This document shows, piece after piece, positions 10,405 to 22,236 of a stretch of 64,000 nucleotides of DNA. The stretch is from Nitrospirota bacterium. GTDB taxonomy: Bacteria; Nitrospirota; UBA9217. Position numbers and translations under genes: made by a program. The stretch spans positions 192,001 through 256,000 of the forward strand of contig CAVVUN010000008.1 of the NCBI GenBank assembly GCA_963751455.1. The letters run 5' to 3'. The number at the start of each line of letters is the position of its first letter. The first letter of the stretch is position 1. Under the pieces are notes generated by a model. That model made no database searches and was not told the origin of the DNA. It saw only the letters and a program-made list of their open reading frames with translations.

Positions 10405-10495
10405 CCTGTTGAGGTTTTCCGCTGGATCAGACAGATTTTTTGATTCTCTTTGCGCCCTTTGCGATCTTTGCTTGCACCCGGCAATACAGCGTCGC

Positions 10496-11440
10496 TTATA
10501 TATGCTTCGCGCGGTGAAGTTCCACGTAATGGGCGGCTGCGAGAGCTGCAATGCATCCATCAGCCGCCGCGACGATGATCTGGTTTGCGAATTTCTGGCG
10601 CAAATCGCCGGCCGCGAAGATGCCCGGAATCGACGTCTCGCATTTTTCATCCGTAATCACAAACCCCAGTTCATTTATCCGGATACCCGATGGAACCAGT
10701 GCATTTGTCGGATAATACCCGACGCGAATGAAAACCCCGTCGGTCTGCAGCGTTCCCGTTTGCCCGCTGTTCGTATTCTCAAAAGCAACTGAGCTTACCC
10801 TTCCGCTGTCGCCTCGTATCTCGGTAATGATTGTGTTCCAGATGACTTCAACAGTCGACTTAAAGAGCCGATCCCGGAACAGTCTCCCTGCGCGCAAGCT
10901 GTCTCCGCGATGAACGAGATAGACTTTCCCCGCTATTCTTGCCAGGTGGAGCGCCTCTTCAACCGCGCTCTCTCCACCTCCTACCACAACAACCGTCTTG
11001 TTTCGGAAAAAAAAGCCGTCGCAGGTGGCACAGTATGAAACTCCGCTGCCGAAATATTCAGCTTCGCCCGGTATGCCCAGCTTCCTGACGGTCGCGCCGG
11101 CTGCCAGAATCAAGGCGACGGTTCTGAATTGTTCTCCTCCGGCCAGCCTAATCGTGTGCAGATCGGCCCCTGCTTCTATCGCTGAAACTTCTTCCCGGAT
11201 AATATCGAGCCCGAAGGAGCTTACCTGATGGATGATTTTTTCAGCCAAATCGAACCCGGTTATGCTCTCGATACCGGGATAATTGTCCACTTCTTTTGAA
11301 ACGGCAATCTGCCCGCCGACCAACCCTTTCTCAAAGAGGACAGCCTTGAGCGCTGATCTTTTTGCGTAGAGTCCGGCAGTCAGGCCTGCAGGACCCCCTC
11401 CTACGATGATAACGTCGTATATGTCATTTACCGATGTCAT
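10496..11440 (-). CDS. trxB: Thioredoxin-disulfide reductase
   Basis: 'GGGPAGLTA', redox 'CATCDG', 'VVGGGESA', 'FAAGD'; likely start ATG 11440. Confidence 0.92.
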   Translation of the reverse strand: MTSVNDIYDVIIVGGGPAGLTAGLYAKRSALKAVLFEKGLVGGQIAVSKEVDNYPGIESITGFDLAEKIIHQVSSFGLDIIREEVSAIEAGADLHTIRLAGGEQFRTVALILAAGATVRKLGIPGEAEYFGSGVSYCATCDGFFFRNKTVVVVGGGESAVEEALHLARIAGKVYLVHRGDSLRAGRLFRDRLFKSTVEVIWNTIITEIRGDSGRVSSVAFENTNSGQTGTLQTDGVFIRVGYYPTNALVPSGIRINELGFVITDEKCETSIPGIFAAGDLRQKFANQIIVAAADGCIAALAAAHYVELHRAKHI

Positions 11441-11682
11441 GGTATTTCCCTGGGTATTCGGATTGAGCGTGTTCGCGCGCGTGTTCCAGGCTACACTCGT
11501 AAAGTATAGCATCACTCCTTTTTCGACAGATGGATCAGGCAGTGTTGTCTGCTATTGGGCATTTTACCAAATGCGTGGTCATTTAACCCCGTCTCACCCT
11601 TTTATAATGTCTACGCACGCAAACTTTCAGAAGTAACTCTATAATTTTGCTTAGATTTAAGTCATCCTGATTTCTTAAGCCT

Positions 11683-13377
11683 TTGGTATTAGGCTTGCAC
11701 CGTAAATCTGAATACAACGCACTGGCGCACGAGAGTAGTGTGGGGCCCGCCTTGAAAATAAGTATTAAATTCCTGATTATCATCGTCCTGCTTACCGTTG
11801 TCAGCGGAATAATCGCCGTATCGGGCATTATCTCATCCAGTAATTTATTGGAAGCTCAGATAAAAGATAAATTTACCGCGGTATCGGTATATACCATGAA
11901 TAAAATTCACAGGCTTTTTCTCGCCCGGTATCAGGATCTAGCGATGCTCGCTGATGAACCGGTCATTCGGTCACCACGCTCCTCCCCGGAGGAAATCAGA
12001 AATAAGCTAATTGAATATAAAAAGCATTTCAGCCCGTATGTTCGCTATGCAGCGTTATCGTTTTTCAACCTCAAGAGAATTCGGTTGGCCGATACGGAAA
12101 GCGGGCATATCGCGCAAGAGCACTCCTTTTCGGAATACTGGCCCGAGATCGCCAAGGGCAGGGAGTTTGTGCTCAACATATCGAAATCCGAATCGCTCGA
12201 GGATCGCGTGTTTCACTTCGTCCATAGCGTGAAAGATGACAACGGCACGCCATTCGGTGTCGTTGTAGCAAGGATACCGATCGAAAAATTAGAGTCGATT
12301 GTTGAAACGCCTTTGCGTCATTTCGACAGGGGTCACACGTTCAATGTAGATCTGATAGACAAAAACGGTCTTCTGCTGTATTCGACCTATAATAAAAACG
12401 GCATGCTCAGGGAGACTGTGGCGGAATGGAACACGCTGAAAAAATTGTTAGCACAGGGGGCCAAATCCGGCCACGTACAGGTAAAAGACCCGCAAAACAG
12501 TGATGAAAAAATCCTCATTTTTGCAAGAGAGGAAAGTGATTCGAATTTCATAGGGAACGAGTGGACACTGGTCATTTCGATAGCCAAGAGAGCGGCGATG
12601 TCGCCCATCACACAGCTGAGAAACCGGCTGATCCTGATTATCGCAGTAATCGGATTGTTCGCGCTCGGCGCGGCGCTTCTCCTGTCAAGGACCATCACTG
12701 AACCGCTTGTGAGATTGCGCAATGCCGTATCCGAAGTCGGGAAGGGAAGTCTGGACATTCATGTTAAAGCTGAATCCAGAGACGAGATCGGTCAATTAAC
12801 CGACCTGTTTAATACAATGGTGAAGAAACTGAAGGAAATGCATGAGGAACTGAAGAGGTCGGCGTCCATCGACACATTGACGGGCATCTGCAACAGAAAT
12901 ACAATCGAGCAGATTCTCGAAGTCGAGCTTGAACGGGCCAGGCGATATAACAGCCGTGTATCGCTGATTTTATTCGACTTGGACAACTTTAAAGCAATCA
13001 ATGATACTCACGGCCACCAGGCAGGCGATTACGTGCTACAGACAATGATCAACCTCATAAAAACGAAAATCAGGCAGATTGATTCTCTCGGCCGCTGGGG
13101 CGGAGAGGAGTTCATGCTGCTGGCGCCTCAAACCAATCTCGAAAAAGCGATCGATCTTGCGGAGAAGATCAGGCAATGCACGGAAGCGTTCCGCTTCGAG
13201 AAAGTCGGAACAGCCACGATAAGCTGCGGCGTTTCTGAATTCAGGGCCGAGGACAATGCGGATACTCTGATCAAGAGAGCGGACGATGCATTGTATAGGG
13301 CTAAACACAAGGGAAGAAATGTCGTTGAAGCGGGGGACAGTCGCGACGATAAACAGTTCCCGCTGTTCAAGCAGTAA
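11683..13377 (+). CDS. Membrane sensor diguanylate cyclase (Cache-like, HAMP, GGDEF)
   Basis: Two TM segments, HAMP 'DEIGQL', 'RWGGEEF'; true start probably near 11752. Confidence 0.88.
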   Translation: MVLGLHRKSEYNALAHESSVGPALKISIKFLIIIVLLTVVSGIIAVSGIISSSNLLEAQIKDKFTAVSVYTMNKIHRLFLARYQDLAMLADEPVIRSPRSSPEEIRNKLIEYKKHFSPYVRYAALSFFNLKRIRLADTESGHIAQEHSFSEYWPEIAKGREFVLNISKSESLEDRVFHFVHSVKDDNGTPFGVVVARIPIEKLESIVETPLRHFDRGHTFNVDLIDKNGLLLYSTYNKNGMLRETVAEWNTLKKLLAQGAKSGHVQVKDPQNSDEKILIFAREESDSNFIGNEWTLVISIAKRAAMSPITQLRNRLILIIAVIGLFALGAALLLSRTITEPLVRLRNAVSEVGKGSLDIHVKAESRDEIGQLTDLFNTMVKKLKEMHEELKRSASIDTLTGICNRNTIEQILEVELERARRYNSRVSLILFDLDNFKAINDTHGHQAGDYVLQTMINLIKTKIRQIDSLGRWGGEEFMLLAPQTNLEKAIDLAEKIRQCTEAFRFEKVGTATISCGVSEFRAEDNADTLIKRADDALYRAKHKGRNVVEAGDSRDDKQFPLFKQ

Positions 13378-13828
13378 AATCATTTATCCTTGACTGTCCT
13401 CCATTCTGAATTTCATCTTTTTTAAATGACCGGATTAAAGTTTTTTTCTTTTCCGAAAATAATGGAAAATTCAGCTTTTTGCTCACTCCGGTCATGTAGG
13501 GTGACTATTGTGAGTGCTTCTCGAAGAAGTGACGCAAGCGTTGGTTGGACCTGCTATTACTTTCTCACTATTCTCTTACCTAATCCCGACAAGCCCTTTC
13601 GGCCATACTACAAAACTCTTCTTTTGTCGTGTTAACTAACAGCTTGTTTCTTATAAATAACCGTTAGGTTTATAATTTGATTAGAACAATCCGATTGCAC
13701 CGGAGGGTCATCCTCGTACGGGACGGCGTTGAAGCGATCGAACATCTCTTCTACGACCACGGAGAGTTTCTAGTTTAAGGTTTCAAATACAACAGTTTCA
13801 ATGAAAGAATTTCACGCGGAGGCGCGAA

Positions 13829-15367
13829 GTGAGTAGAGATAGAATGCAATGGAGTCGAATAAAGCTTGGATGGACACGATATTTTCTGCCCATAAGCACG
13901 GTTGCGCTGGGAGTGGTATTACGGTCCATATTAATTCCAAGCTTGCGGGAGACGCCCTACGCAGTGTTCTATCCGGCCGTAATAATCTCTGCGCTGTATG
14001 GCGGGTTTTTGCCGGGACTTGCAGCTTTGGTGCTTTCAGGAATAGCCGCTTCCGTCTGGTTCAGCCCTGGGGCATTGGTGCAATTTTTAATACCAGGCAC
14101 CACAGCCGGCATGCTGGTCTTTCTGTCGGGCGGCCTTATTATCGTGGCTATTTGTTCACAGCTTCGGAAGGCAAACGAGCGCATAGGCGCAGAGGCCCGA
14201 CGGCTGCGTGAAAGCGAACGGGCGCTGGCTGCCGAGATCACAGAACGCAAGCGCGCCGAGGAGGAGTTAAGGCGGCTCAGTTACCGGAACAAGTTGATCC
14301 TGGAATCGGCGGGTGAAGGCATCTGGGGAGTTGACACGCAGGGTATTGTCATCTTTATAAATGAGATTGGAGCTTCCAGCCTCGGCTATGACGTAAACGA
14401 CCTGGTCGGAAAACCAAGTCACGCGACGTGGCACCATAGCAGGCCGGACGGCACCCCCTACCCTTCGGACGAATGTCCTATCTATGCGGCATATCGAGAT
14501 GGGGTTAACCATACCGGCGAAGAAACGTTCTGGAGAGCAGACGGGACCGGTTTTCCCGTAGACTTTACGAGCAGACCAATTGTTGAGGAAGGCAGGATAA
14601 CAGGTGCGGTTGTCACGTTCAGGGACATTACCGGACGCAAGAGGGCTGAACAGGAGCGGGAGAGATTGATTGGGGAACTTCAGCGTTCCAACACGGAACT
14701 TGAGCAGTTCGCGTATGTAGCTTCCCATGACCTGCAGGAGCCGCTCCGCATGGTAGGCAGTTATACCACTTTGTTACAAAAGAGATATAAGGAACACCTG
14801 GATGAAAAGGCGCACGAGTATATTAATTTTGCTGTTGACGGCGCTGAGAGAATGCAAAAACTCATTGAGGGTCTTCTCGCCTATTCCCGTATAACCCGGA
14901 AGGGCGCTCATTTCAACCAGGTAGACCTTAATAAGGTTTTTTCGATGGCGGTTTCAAATCTCTCAGTGACGATCCAGGAAAACAATGCCGCGATCACGAA
15001 AGATCCGCTTCCGACAATACCAGGCGACGAGATTCAGCTCGTGCAGCTGTTCCAGAACCTGACCGGCAATGGCGTAAAGCATAGAAAGCCGGAGAGCGCT
15101 CCCCGTGTGCACATATCAACGAGGAGAGACGGACAAAAGTATGTATTTTCCGTAAAAGACAACGGGATTGGAATCGAGCCGGACTATTACGAAAGAATAT
15201 TTCAGATCTTTCAGCGCCTCCATACCCGTCATGAATATTCAGGAACGGGCATCGGGCTTGCGTTATGTAAACGCATTGTGGAACGGCACCACGGACAGAT
15301 CTGGGTCGAATCGGTTCCCGGCGAAGGCTCGACGTTCATGTTTACGGTTCCGATTGAAGGGAGATAA
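13829..15367 (+). CDS. Membrane PAS histidine kinase (phytochrome-type kinase core)
   Basis: N-terminal TM region, PAS, 'EQFAYVASHDLQEPLR', 'GTGIGLA'. Confidence 0.9.
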   Translation: MSRDRMQWSRIKLGWTRYFLPISTVALGVVLRSILIPSLRETPYAVFYPAVIISALYGGFLPGLAALVLSGIAASVWFSPGALVQFLIPGTTAGMLVFLSGGLIIVAICSQLRKANERIGAEARRLRESERALAAEITERKRAEEELRRLSYRNKLILESAGEGIWGVDTQGIVIFINEIGASSLGYDVNDLVGKPSHATWHHSRPDGTPYPSDECPIYAAYRDGVNHTGEETFWRADGTGFPVDFTSRPIVEEGRITGAVVTFRDITGRKRAEQERERLIGELQRSNTELEQFAYVASHDLQEPLRMVGSYTTLLQKRYKEHLDEKAHEYINFAVDGAERMQKLIEGLLAYSRITRKGAHFNQVDLNKVFSMAVSNLSVTIQENNAAITKDPLPTIPGDEIQLVQLFQNLTGNGVKHRKPESAPRVHISTRRDGQKYVFSVKDNGIGIEPDYYERIFQIFQRLHTRHEYSGTGIGLALCKRIVERHHGQIWVESVPGEGSTFMFTVPIEGR

Positions 15368-15368
15368 A

Positions 15369-15831
15369 ATGGAAACTTGCAAAACAAAGCCGATAGAAAT
15401 CCTTCTGGTAGAAGACAATCCCGGACGATGTTGGACTGGTCCAGGAGGCCCTGATAGAAGGAAAAGTCTGTAACAATTTACATGTCGCTTATGATGGAGT
15501 CGAGGCGATGAAATTTCTGAGGGGGCAGGGCGATCATGCGAATGCCCCGTGCCCGGACCTTGTCCTGCTCGACTTGAATCTTCCCCGGAAGAACGGCAGG
15601 GAAGTGCTTCAGGAAGTCAAGTCGGATCCTTATTTGAAGAGCATTCCCGTGGTTGTTCTCACAAGCTCAACGGAAGACGAGGACATTTGCAGGTCTTATG
15701 CAGAGCATGCCAATTGCTATGTCAGCAAGCCGGTCGGCTTCGAATCATTCCTCAAGGTGGTAAGGTCCATTGAGGATTTCTGGTTTTCGGTTGTCAAGCT
15801 GCCCTGCAGGGCGCTTCCAGAGGCGAGGTAA
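15369..15831 (+). pseudogene. Rcp1-type single-domain response regulator with +1 frameshift near 15426
   Basis: '[19 protein letters not shown]' continues in the shifted frame as '[41 protein letters not shown]'; span 463 nt = 3n+1. Confidence 0.8.
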
Positions 15832-15833
15832 CA

Positions 15834-18800
15834 ATGAGTAACTCGATTCGGAATATACTGCTGATCGAGGACAATATTGCAGACGTTGAGCTTATCCGGG
15901 AGATGCTGAACGAAGTTGAGGGCAGCTATGCCCTTACAGAGGCAGGCCGTCTTTCCTCAGGTTTGAAGATTCTGAAAGAGGATGCATTTGATATTATTCT
16001 TCTTGACCTGGAACTGCCTGACAGCAGCGGGATCGATACATTCCTGACGATTCTGGACCAGGCGTCCGACGTGCCTGTAATTATTCTGACCGTGTTCGCT
16101 GATGAGAAGCTTGCAGCGGAAGCGATATCACAGGGTGGTCAGGACTACCTGATCAAAGGCCGGATCGACAGCATCCTGCTGGAAAGATCGATTCGCTATG
16201 CTATCGACCGCAAGAGGTCAGAGGCAAAGCTCAGACGAATGAGCCGCCGAACCGAACTCATCCTGGAGACCGCCGGAGAAGGAATCCTGGGTCTGGACAC
16301 TGAAGGCACGATCATATTCCTCAACAATGCCGCTGCCGCCATGCTCGGGTATACGACTGATGAGGTGATCGGGAAGAACTGTCTGATTATGTTTCATCAC
16401 TCAACTCTTGGCGGCATTCCCTATCCTGCTGAAAAATGTCCGGTCGATGCTGCATTCCGGCACGACTCCGACCAGTACGGTGAAGAGGTGTTTTGGAGAA
16501 AGGACGGATCCAGCTTTCCCGTTTATTTTACCAGCAGACCTCTTTACGAAGAAAATAAAAGAATAGGAGCGGTGGTCACATTTAGAGACATCTCCGAACG
16601 CAAGCGGGCTGAGGAGGCATTGCGCGAAAGTGAGGAGCGATTCCGCCAGATGGCGGATGCAATGCCGCAACTGGTCTGGACCGCCGACCACGACGGAAGA
16701 GTTGACTATTACAACAAGCGTGTAAATGAATTCGAAGGATTTGAGCTGAAGCCGGACGGCTCATGGCATTGGCAACCAGTGCTGCATCCCGATGATCTTG
16801 AACCGACGAACCGCGTTTGGCAGCACGCTCTCGAAACGGGCTCAATCTACGAGATAGAGCATCGCGTCCGCAAGCGTGACGGCGCCTATCACTGGTATCT
16901 GTCACGAGGAGAGCCGGTTCGGGACAATGCCGGCAGGATCATCAAATGGTACGGAACTGCAACCAATATCAACGCCTTCAAACTCGCACAAGAAGCTCTT
17001 CGGGAGAGCGAGGAACGGTTCAGGACGGCATTTGAAAATGCGGCCACCGGCAGGGTCCTGACCGGGACCGACGGACGCTTTATCAGAACCAACAAGTCTT
17101 TCTGCGAAATGCTGGGTTACTCTGAAGAGGAAATTGCTTCTCTGGATTTCGCTTCCCTCACCCATCCGGACGACCTCGAAATCAGCCGTGAAACAGTGCG
17201 CGCCCTGTTGACGGGAGAAAGAGAATTACAGCGGTTCGAAAAGCGGTATCTTCACAAAGACGGCCACACGGTATGGACGCTGGTCAGCACCTTTCTGTTC
17301 CGCGATCAGATGAATCAGCCGCTTTATTTTATTACGGATATTCTTGATATTACCGAGCGCAAGAAGGTTGAAGAGCAGCTGAAAAGAGCAAAAGAGCTGA
17401 GCGACGCACTCAACCGTATTAATACAGTCATCCATTCCACTCTCGATCTGGATGCCATCATGCAAAGAGTCGTTGTTGAAGCAGCTCAGGCGATACATGT
17501 CGAGGCTTCATCTATCGGGCTGTTTGAGGGCCCGGCTTTCGTAATGCGATATATGCACAATATGCCGCAGGACCTCATGGGTCAGCGACTTACCTCAGAT
17601 AGCGTCCGGGGAGTATACTGCGCTGCATTGGCAAAGGACGTGGTTGCCTCCAATGAGGTATCCCAGGATAACCGGGTCAATGTCTGGTTCTGGCGCAAAT
17701 ACGGCATCAAGTCGCTTATGATCGCTCCTCTGATTCTCCGTGAACAGGTCATAGGCGCTTTGACCTTCTATTCTATATCAAAGGCACTGGTATTTACAGA
17801 TATACATATTGACTTCGCCAGAAAGCTCACTACTTCGCTTTCTCTTGCACTCGAAAACAGCCGTCTGTTTAACGACCGAAAAAAAATGGAAGAGGAAATG
17901 AGGCAGATGGCTCACCATGATCCTCTGACGGGCCTGCCGAACAGGCGTCTCTTCATGGACATAATGAAAGTCGAGCTTAATCAAGCCAATCGACACAGAA
18001 AAAAAATGGCAATTCTCTTTCTGGACCTTGACCGTTTCAAGGAGGTTAACGATACCCTCGGTCATGAGGCAGGCGATCTTATCTTGAAGGAAGCTGCTTC
18101 ACGGCTTGGAACAGCTGTGAGAAAATCCGACACCATCGCGCGCATCGGAGGCGATGAATTCAATGTCATCCTGGCCGACATCGTTCGTCCGGAAGACATC
18201 GCGGATATCGCCCGAAAAATCGTTGAAGCTTTCAGAAAGCCTTACCGGATTATGGGACACGATCTGCATAGTACTACCAGCATCGGCATCAGCGTCTATC
18301 CTGATGACAGCGAAGAAACAGATACGCTCCTGAAATATGCCGATATTGCAATGTATAATGCAAAGGAGAATGGAAGAAACAAGTATCAGTTCTATAATGT
18401 TTCAATCAACTTCAGGTCTCTTGAACGAATGCGGCTGGAAAACATGCTGCACCGCAGCCTTGAATTGGGCGAAATGCAGGTTTTCTATCAGCCGCTCGTG
18501 AATATAAGAACGCAGCGTATCGTATGCGCTGAAACGCTTGCTCGCTGGCAACATCCTTACAAGGGGCTTCTTGAGGCGAAAGAATTTATTCCCGCAGCCG
18601 AAGAAACCGGTTTCATAAGCGCAATAGATGAGTGGACGTTAAAAAAGGCCTGCAGACAGGTCAGGGCATGGCGGAATTCGGGACTTTCATCGGTGTGTGT
18701 CACCGTAAATCTTTCAGCGCGGCAATTCCAGAATCCGCATCTGGTCGAGAGGGTCACCTCGATTCTGCATGAAACGGGCACGCCGCCGAGCTGTCTCGAT

Positions 18801-19190
18801 ATTGAAATTACGGAGAGTACGGCAATGAGCAACGTTGAGGACACCGCGGTGCGTCTTAAACAGCTGGCCGAAATGGGTATTCATATCTCCATAGACGATT
18901 TCGGCACAGGTTACTCGTCTCTGAGCCGTCTTAAGCGGCTTCCGATCAAGCGCCTTAAAATCGACCAGTCCTTTATCCGGGATATTTCCGGTGATCCTGA
19001 TGACAAAACGATCGTCCGAGCCGTAACAGCAATGGCGCATAATATGAATATTATTGTAGTCGCAGAAGGCGTGGAAACTGAGGAGCAGCTTGAATTCCTC
19101 CGAAAGACGGGATGCGATGAAATGCAGGGCTTTCTATTTAGCAAGCCGTTACCGGCGGAAAAATTCAGGGAGCTGATGAGTAAAAGATAA
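15834..19190 (+). CDS. REC-PASx3-GAF-GGDEF-EAL c-di-GMP enzyme
   Basis: REC 'ILLDLELPD', three PAS/PAC, GAF, 'RIGGDEF', 'AETLARW', '[10 protein letters not shown]'. Confidence 0.92.
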   Translation: MSNSIRNILLIEDNIADVELIREMLNEVEGSYALTEAGRLSSGLKILKEDAFDIILLDLELPDSSGIDTFLTILDQASDVPVIILTVFADEKLAAEAISQGGQDYLIKGRIDSILLERSIRYAIDRKRSEAKLRRMSRRTELILETAGEGILGLDTEGTIIFLNNAAAAMLGYTTDEVIGKNCLIMFHHSTLGGIPYPAEKCPVDAAFRHDSDQYGEEVFWRKDGSSFPVYFTSRPLYEENKRIGAVVTFRDISERKRAEEALRESEERFRQMADAMPQLVWTADHDGRVDYYNKRVNEFEGFELKPDGSWHWQPVLHPDDLEPTNRVWQHALETGSIYEIEHRVRKRDGAYHWYLSRGEPVRDNAGRIIKWYGTATNINAFKLAQEALRESEERFRTAFENAATGRVLTGTDGRFIRTNKSFCEMLGYSEEEIASLDFASLTHPDDLEISRETVRALLTGERELQRFEKRYLHKDGHTVWTLVSTFLFRDQMNQPLYFITDILDITERKKVEEQLKRAKELSDALNRINTVIHSTLDLDAIMQRVVVEAAQAIHVEASSIGLFEGPAFVMRYMHNMPQDLMGQRLTSDSVRGVYCAALAKDVVASNEVSQDNRVNVWFWRKYGIKSLMIAPLILREQVIGALTFYSISKALVFTDIHIDFARKLTTSLSLALENSRLFNDRKKMEEEMRQMAHHDPLTGLPNRRLFMDIMKVELNQANRHRKKMAILFLDLDRFKEVNDTLGHEAGDLILKEAASRLGTAVRKSDTIARIGGDEFNVILADIVRPEDIADIARKIVEAFRKPYRIMGHDLHSTTSIGISVYPDDSEETDTLLKYADIAMYNAKENGRNKYQFYNVSINFRSLERMRLENMLHRSLELGEMQVFYQPLVNIRTQRIVCAETLARWQHPYKGLLEAKEFIPAAEETGFISAIDEWTLKKACRQVRAWRNSGLSSVCVTVNLSARQFQNPHLVERVTSILHETGTPPSCLDIEITESTAMSNVEDTAVRLKQLAEMGIHISIDDFGTGYSSLSRLKRLPIKRLKIDQSFIRDISGDPDDKTIVRAVTAMAHNMNIIVVAEGVETEEQLEFLRKTGCDEMQGFLFSKPLPAEKFRELMSKR

Positions 19191-19438
19191 CACCTCGAAT
19201 CAAGAATAACCTACTGAACTTCTGTCCTCTCGACATTTTTACAAATACAGAAATGCTCAGCCCGTTTTATCGCTTGTATTTGAAAAACAAGTTGTCAGGA
19301 TAGGGGGCCATCCATTTCGGCGGAAATCACGGTACCGGCATCGTCTACGGCTGACAAGTCGGGCGGCGTTTTTTTAACAGGTACGTTAACCATGAGTCCC
19401 AACACGTAGGACGAGTCCAGCAGGCTGGACTTCGCAGC

Positions 19439-19573
19439 TCATTCGCCGCTGTTCGACAGTTCGTCCGGCTTGAACGGGGTCGCTTTGCTTTCTTTTGTCC
19501 CGCAACCAGTGCTTCCGCACTTTTTTTTATTTTTGAGTTCCTCGAGAATGGCATCGGTAAAATTCTTAAGCAT
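19439..19573 (-). CDS. Putative 44-aa protein with CxxxC (MLKNFTDAILEELKNKKKCGSTGCGTKESK...)
   Basis: AAGGAGAG upstream; too short for the ORF track. Confidence 0.35.
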   Translation of the reverse strand: MLKNFTDAILEELKNKKKCGSTGCGTKESKATPFKPDELSNSGE

Positions 19574-19775
19574 TATATATTGCACTCTCCTTTAATACTT
19601 ATTTCGTAATTCGTAGTATACCCCACATTTATCGGCAGATGTTTAAGTTTATTAATACATCTAACAAACATAATCTCTTTATTTCAGAAAAGCACTCTAA
19701 GGCGCATATAAAGAGCCTAAAAGAGAAGGGTTAGGATGCTTTTCGGCTTTTACTGGTCTTCTATAGGTGGAAAAA

Positions 19776-20330
19776 GTAGATACCCACGGGCTTACGCCCG
19801 TGGCACTTATTTTTAAAACCCAAACTTCAACTGCCCTTTATCAACCTTTTCTTGAAACTCCACGTACCTCTTGATTACCTCTTCGTTTATTCCTACCGTT
19901 GAAGAAAAGAACCCATGGGACCAAAACTCATTTCTCCAATATACTCTCTTGATCCAATCGAAATGTTTTCTTATTTCCCTACTCGTATTTGCCTTGATCT
20001 TTCCGACGATCGCCGACACTGCATATTTTGGCGGAATGATGATTATCAGATGTACATGATCCTCCTGAATGCTGTACCGCTCAATTTCTACTTCCGGATG
20101 ATACGTATCAATATCGTGCAATCGCTTCTCTACAAACTGCTTTAACTCCCCTTTTAAAATCCGTTTCCGATATTTGGGAATCCATACTATGTGATACTGG
20201 TGATGATAGGCACCATGAGCACTATGTCTAATTTCCATGCCGCCATTGTATCACATTAAAACATTACCAGCCTACGGCTGGTACGCTTTCATCCACGGGC
20301 TTACGCCCGTGGTCTTCAGCGCGTTTTTTG
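19776..20330 (-). mobile_element. IS200-type element (tnpA only)
   Basis: Identical subterminal hairpins CCACGGGCTTACGCCCGTGG at 19784-19803 and 20293-20312; TTAT just 5' of the left end on the minus strand; no TSD; exact ends inferred. Confidence 0.85.
19813..20238 (-). CDS. tnpA: IS200/IS605 family Y1 (HUH) transposase
   Basis: 'YHIVWIPKYRK', HUH 'DHVHL', 'FWSHGFFSSTVG', catalytic Tyr in 'KRYVEFQ'. Confidence 0.95.
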   Translation of the reverse strand: MEIRHSAHGAYHHQYHIVWIPKYRKRILKGELKQFVEKRLHDIDTYHPEVEIERYSIQEDHVHLIIIIPPKYAVSAIVGKIKANTSREIRKHFDWIKRVYWRNEFWSHGFFSSTVGINEEVIKRYVEFQEKVDKGQLKFGF

Positions 20331-20523
20331 ATAAATCGCGCTTAAAATAAAAAATTGCAGAAAAACTATCGCGGGAAGGTATTAAGACTAACGGCGGGGA
20401 CGCCCCCTGTGGAATGAAAAAATTGAGCAGCGGTCCGGCAAAAATAAAAGAGGCACGGGATCCGATGCCCGATGCCTCATTTCCGGTATTTCCCGAATGT
20501 GTATTCAAAAACGCATAAAAAAG

Positions 20524-21069
20524 TCAGGCTGCTTGCTTCAGTCTTTCTTTTCCTTCCGCATATGCTTTCTCGGCAGCTTGTTTCGCACTCGCGGCGGCTT
20601 CCTGGTAGACGCCCTTGCCCTTCTCGATGGCTGACCCGATGCTGTCCGCAGCGCTCCCGGCCATACGCTTCATGTCCCCCCATAGCTCGCTCCCCGCCTT
20701 GGGTGCGAACAACAGTGCAATGCCCGCGCCGATGATGCCGCTCACGAGAAGCGGAACCACAAACGAAGCCTTTGTCGTCCCTTCTGCGCCTGCAAGCTCT
20801 TCAAGGCTTTCCGTTCCTTCAACATACGATTGTTTTGCCGCTTCGGATGCGGAGGCTGCGACAGCTGCGCCTTCTTCATAGAGTTCTTTGCCTGTATCCG
20901 CCGGCTCGTACAGTTTATCCCGGGTACGCGTTGCGAAACTCTTTAAATCGCTCCGCATCTCACTTCCCGATTTGGGCGTAAGCATGAGCGCAATACCCGC
21001 TCCGACTATGCTGCCCAGCAGAACCGGCACTACAATTGAACTTCTCTCGTTGATACCTTCCTCTTTCAT
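20524..21069 (-). CDS. YtxH-domain protein, tandem duplicated
   Basis: Two 'GxxxGAGIALxxxPKxGSE' units. Confidence 0.8.
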   Translation of the reverse strand: MKEEGINERSSIVVPVLLGSIVGAGIALMLTPKSGSEMRSDLKSFATRTRDKLYEPADTGKELYEEGAAVAASASEAAKQSYVEGTESLEELAGAEGTTKASFVVPLLVSGIIGAGIALLFAPKAGSELWGDMKRMAGSAADSIGSAIEKGKGVYQEAAASAKQAAEKAYAEGKERLKQAA

Positions 21070-21193
21070 ACGTTGCTCCTTTCTTGATGTTGAATTCTAG
21101 CAGGTTTGCCTTCTTGTCGGTCTTGTGGTTACAGATTATTTTGTCGGCACAGGCCGAGATTGATAAGTGAATTGATTCAGACCTGGGGAGTCA

Positions 21194-21300
21194 GTGGAAC
21201 CCCCTCCGGCAGGAGCCGGAGGCTCCCGTTAATAACGCGACCTCCCGCGGACTACGGCGCATTACCCCCGGCAGGAGCCGGGGGATTGCAAGTCGCGGGA
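21194..21300. mobile_element. 107-bp two-hairpin non-autonomous element (IS200/IS605-like ends)
   Basis: GTGGAACCCCCTCCGGCAGGAGCCGGAGG ... CCCCCGGCAGGAGCCGGGGGATTGCAAGTCGCGGGA; same termini as 46789-46831 and 49935-49979. Confidence 0.7.
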
Positions 21301-21581
21301 TTCATAATTTGATTATAACACCGCTTGTCCAGATGTCTTTTACGGAATAGGCCTCGAACAACTCACAATAAGTGATCTGAAACAGGTTCCCCGTCAGATG
21401 CCGGCGCTGCATAATCCGTCGACAAATGCACAATTCGTTTCTTTTTGCGCACATATTATTTCCTGTCGTGCATCAAAGTCGGATGGCTTTCGTTGTTTTT
21501 CTGTCCTAAAACCATTTTTTATGATATCGTTAATTCATAGTCCTTTTTTACTAACTACGCCGCATTGCAGGAGGATGAACG

Positions 21582-21899
21582 ATGTTGAGAAAAACAGCTG
21601 CAGTCACGATAGCGGTTCTGGTATTCTGTGGTCTTGCGGGTGCTGCCGTACCGGGCGGCGGGGATATGACCTTCAAGTCCCTGAACGCAAAAACAGTTGT
21701 CTTCAGTCATGAACAGCATGTTAACGTTAAAGAATTGAAATGCAGCGCCTGTCACAATCATTTATTTCATATGGCAAAAAACGAGGACAAGGTAGACATG
21801 AGCAAGATCACCAAGGGGCAGTTCTGCGGGTATTGTCATAACGGAGCGCGGGCCTTCGACGTAAAGGACAAGGCGAACTGCGAACGGTGTCATAAGTAG
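21582..21899 (+). CDS. Periplasmic triheme cytochrome c (c7-like)
   Basis: Signal peptide; 'FSHEQH', CSACH, CGYCH, CERCH. Confidence 0.9.
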   Translation: MLRKTAAVTIAVLVFCGLAGAAVPGGGDMTFKSLNAKTVVFSHEQHVNVKELKCSACHNHLFHMAKNEDKVDMSKITKGQFCGYCHNGARAFDVKDKANCERCHK

Positions 21900-21930
21900 C
21901 GCGTGCCAGGGCCGGCTTTCGGCTCACAAT

Positions 21931-22236
21931 CTATTTTACCTTCTCAATTTGCTTTTTCTGGCCTTTCTCGCGCTCGTCCTGCACACTGCATCCGCACGCG
22001 GAGAAGATCAGGGTATTTAAATCGGAGCCCGAATAGCTTCCGGCCGGCCCGTCGCAGGCAAACCCGGTGCCTTCTTTGAATTGACATGTTATAGGCAGGC
22101 CGTTATTCGAGCACGCGCCGGTCACGGCATTGTTATTCCCGACTAGTGTCTCACGGGCGTTTTGAATGGTACACGCAAGCGCAGTACCTTCAAGCGCCGC
22201 TATCGCTATGCAGAGTCCGAGCACCGCGATTTTCAT
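21931..22236 (-). CDS. Secreted cysteine-rich hypothetical protein
   Basis: Signal peptide, six Cys in the mature part, GAAGGAAG RBS. Confidence 0.6.
   Translation of the reverse strand: MKIAVLGLCIAIAALEGTALACTIQNARETLVGNNNAVTGACSNNGLPITCQFKEGTGFACDGPAGSYSGSDLNTLIFSACGCSVQDEREKGQKKQIEKVK

Noticed and set aside
19776-20330. IS200 as the mobiliser of the 43-107 bp elements, or as a tnpB/omegaRNA carrier
   Set aside because: Its hairpin (CCACGGGCTTACGCCCGTGG) and apparent target differ from those of the mini-elements, and there is no room for tnpB.
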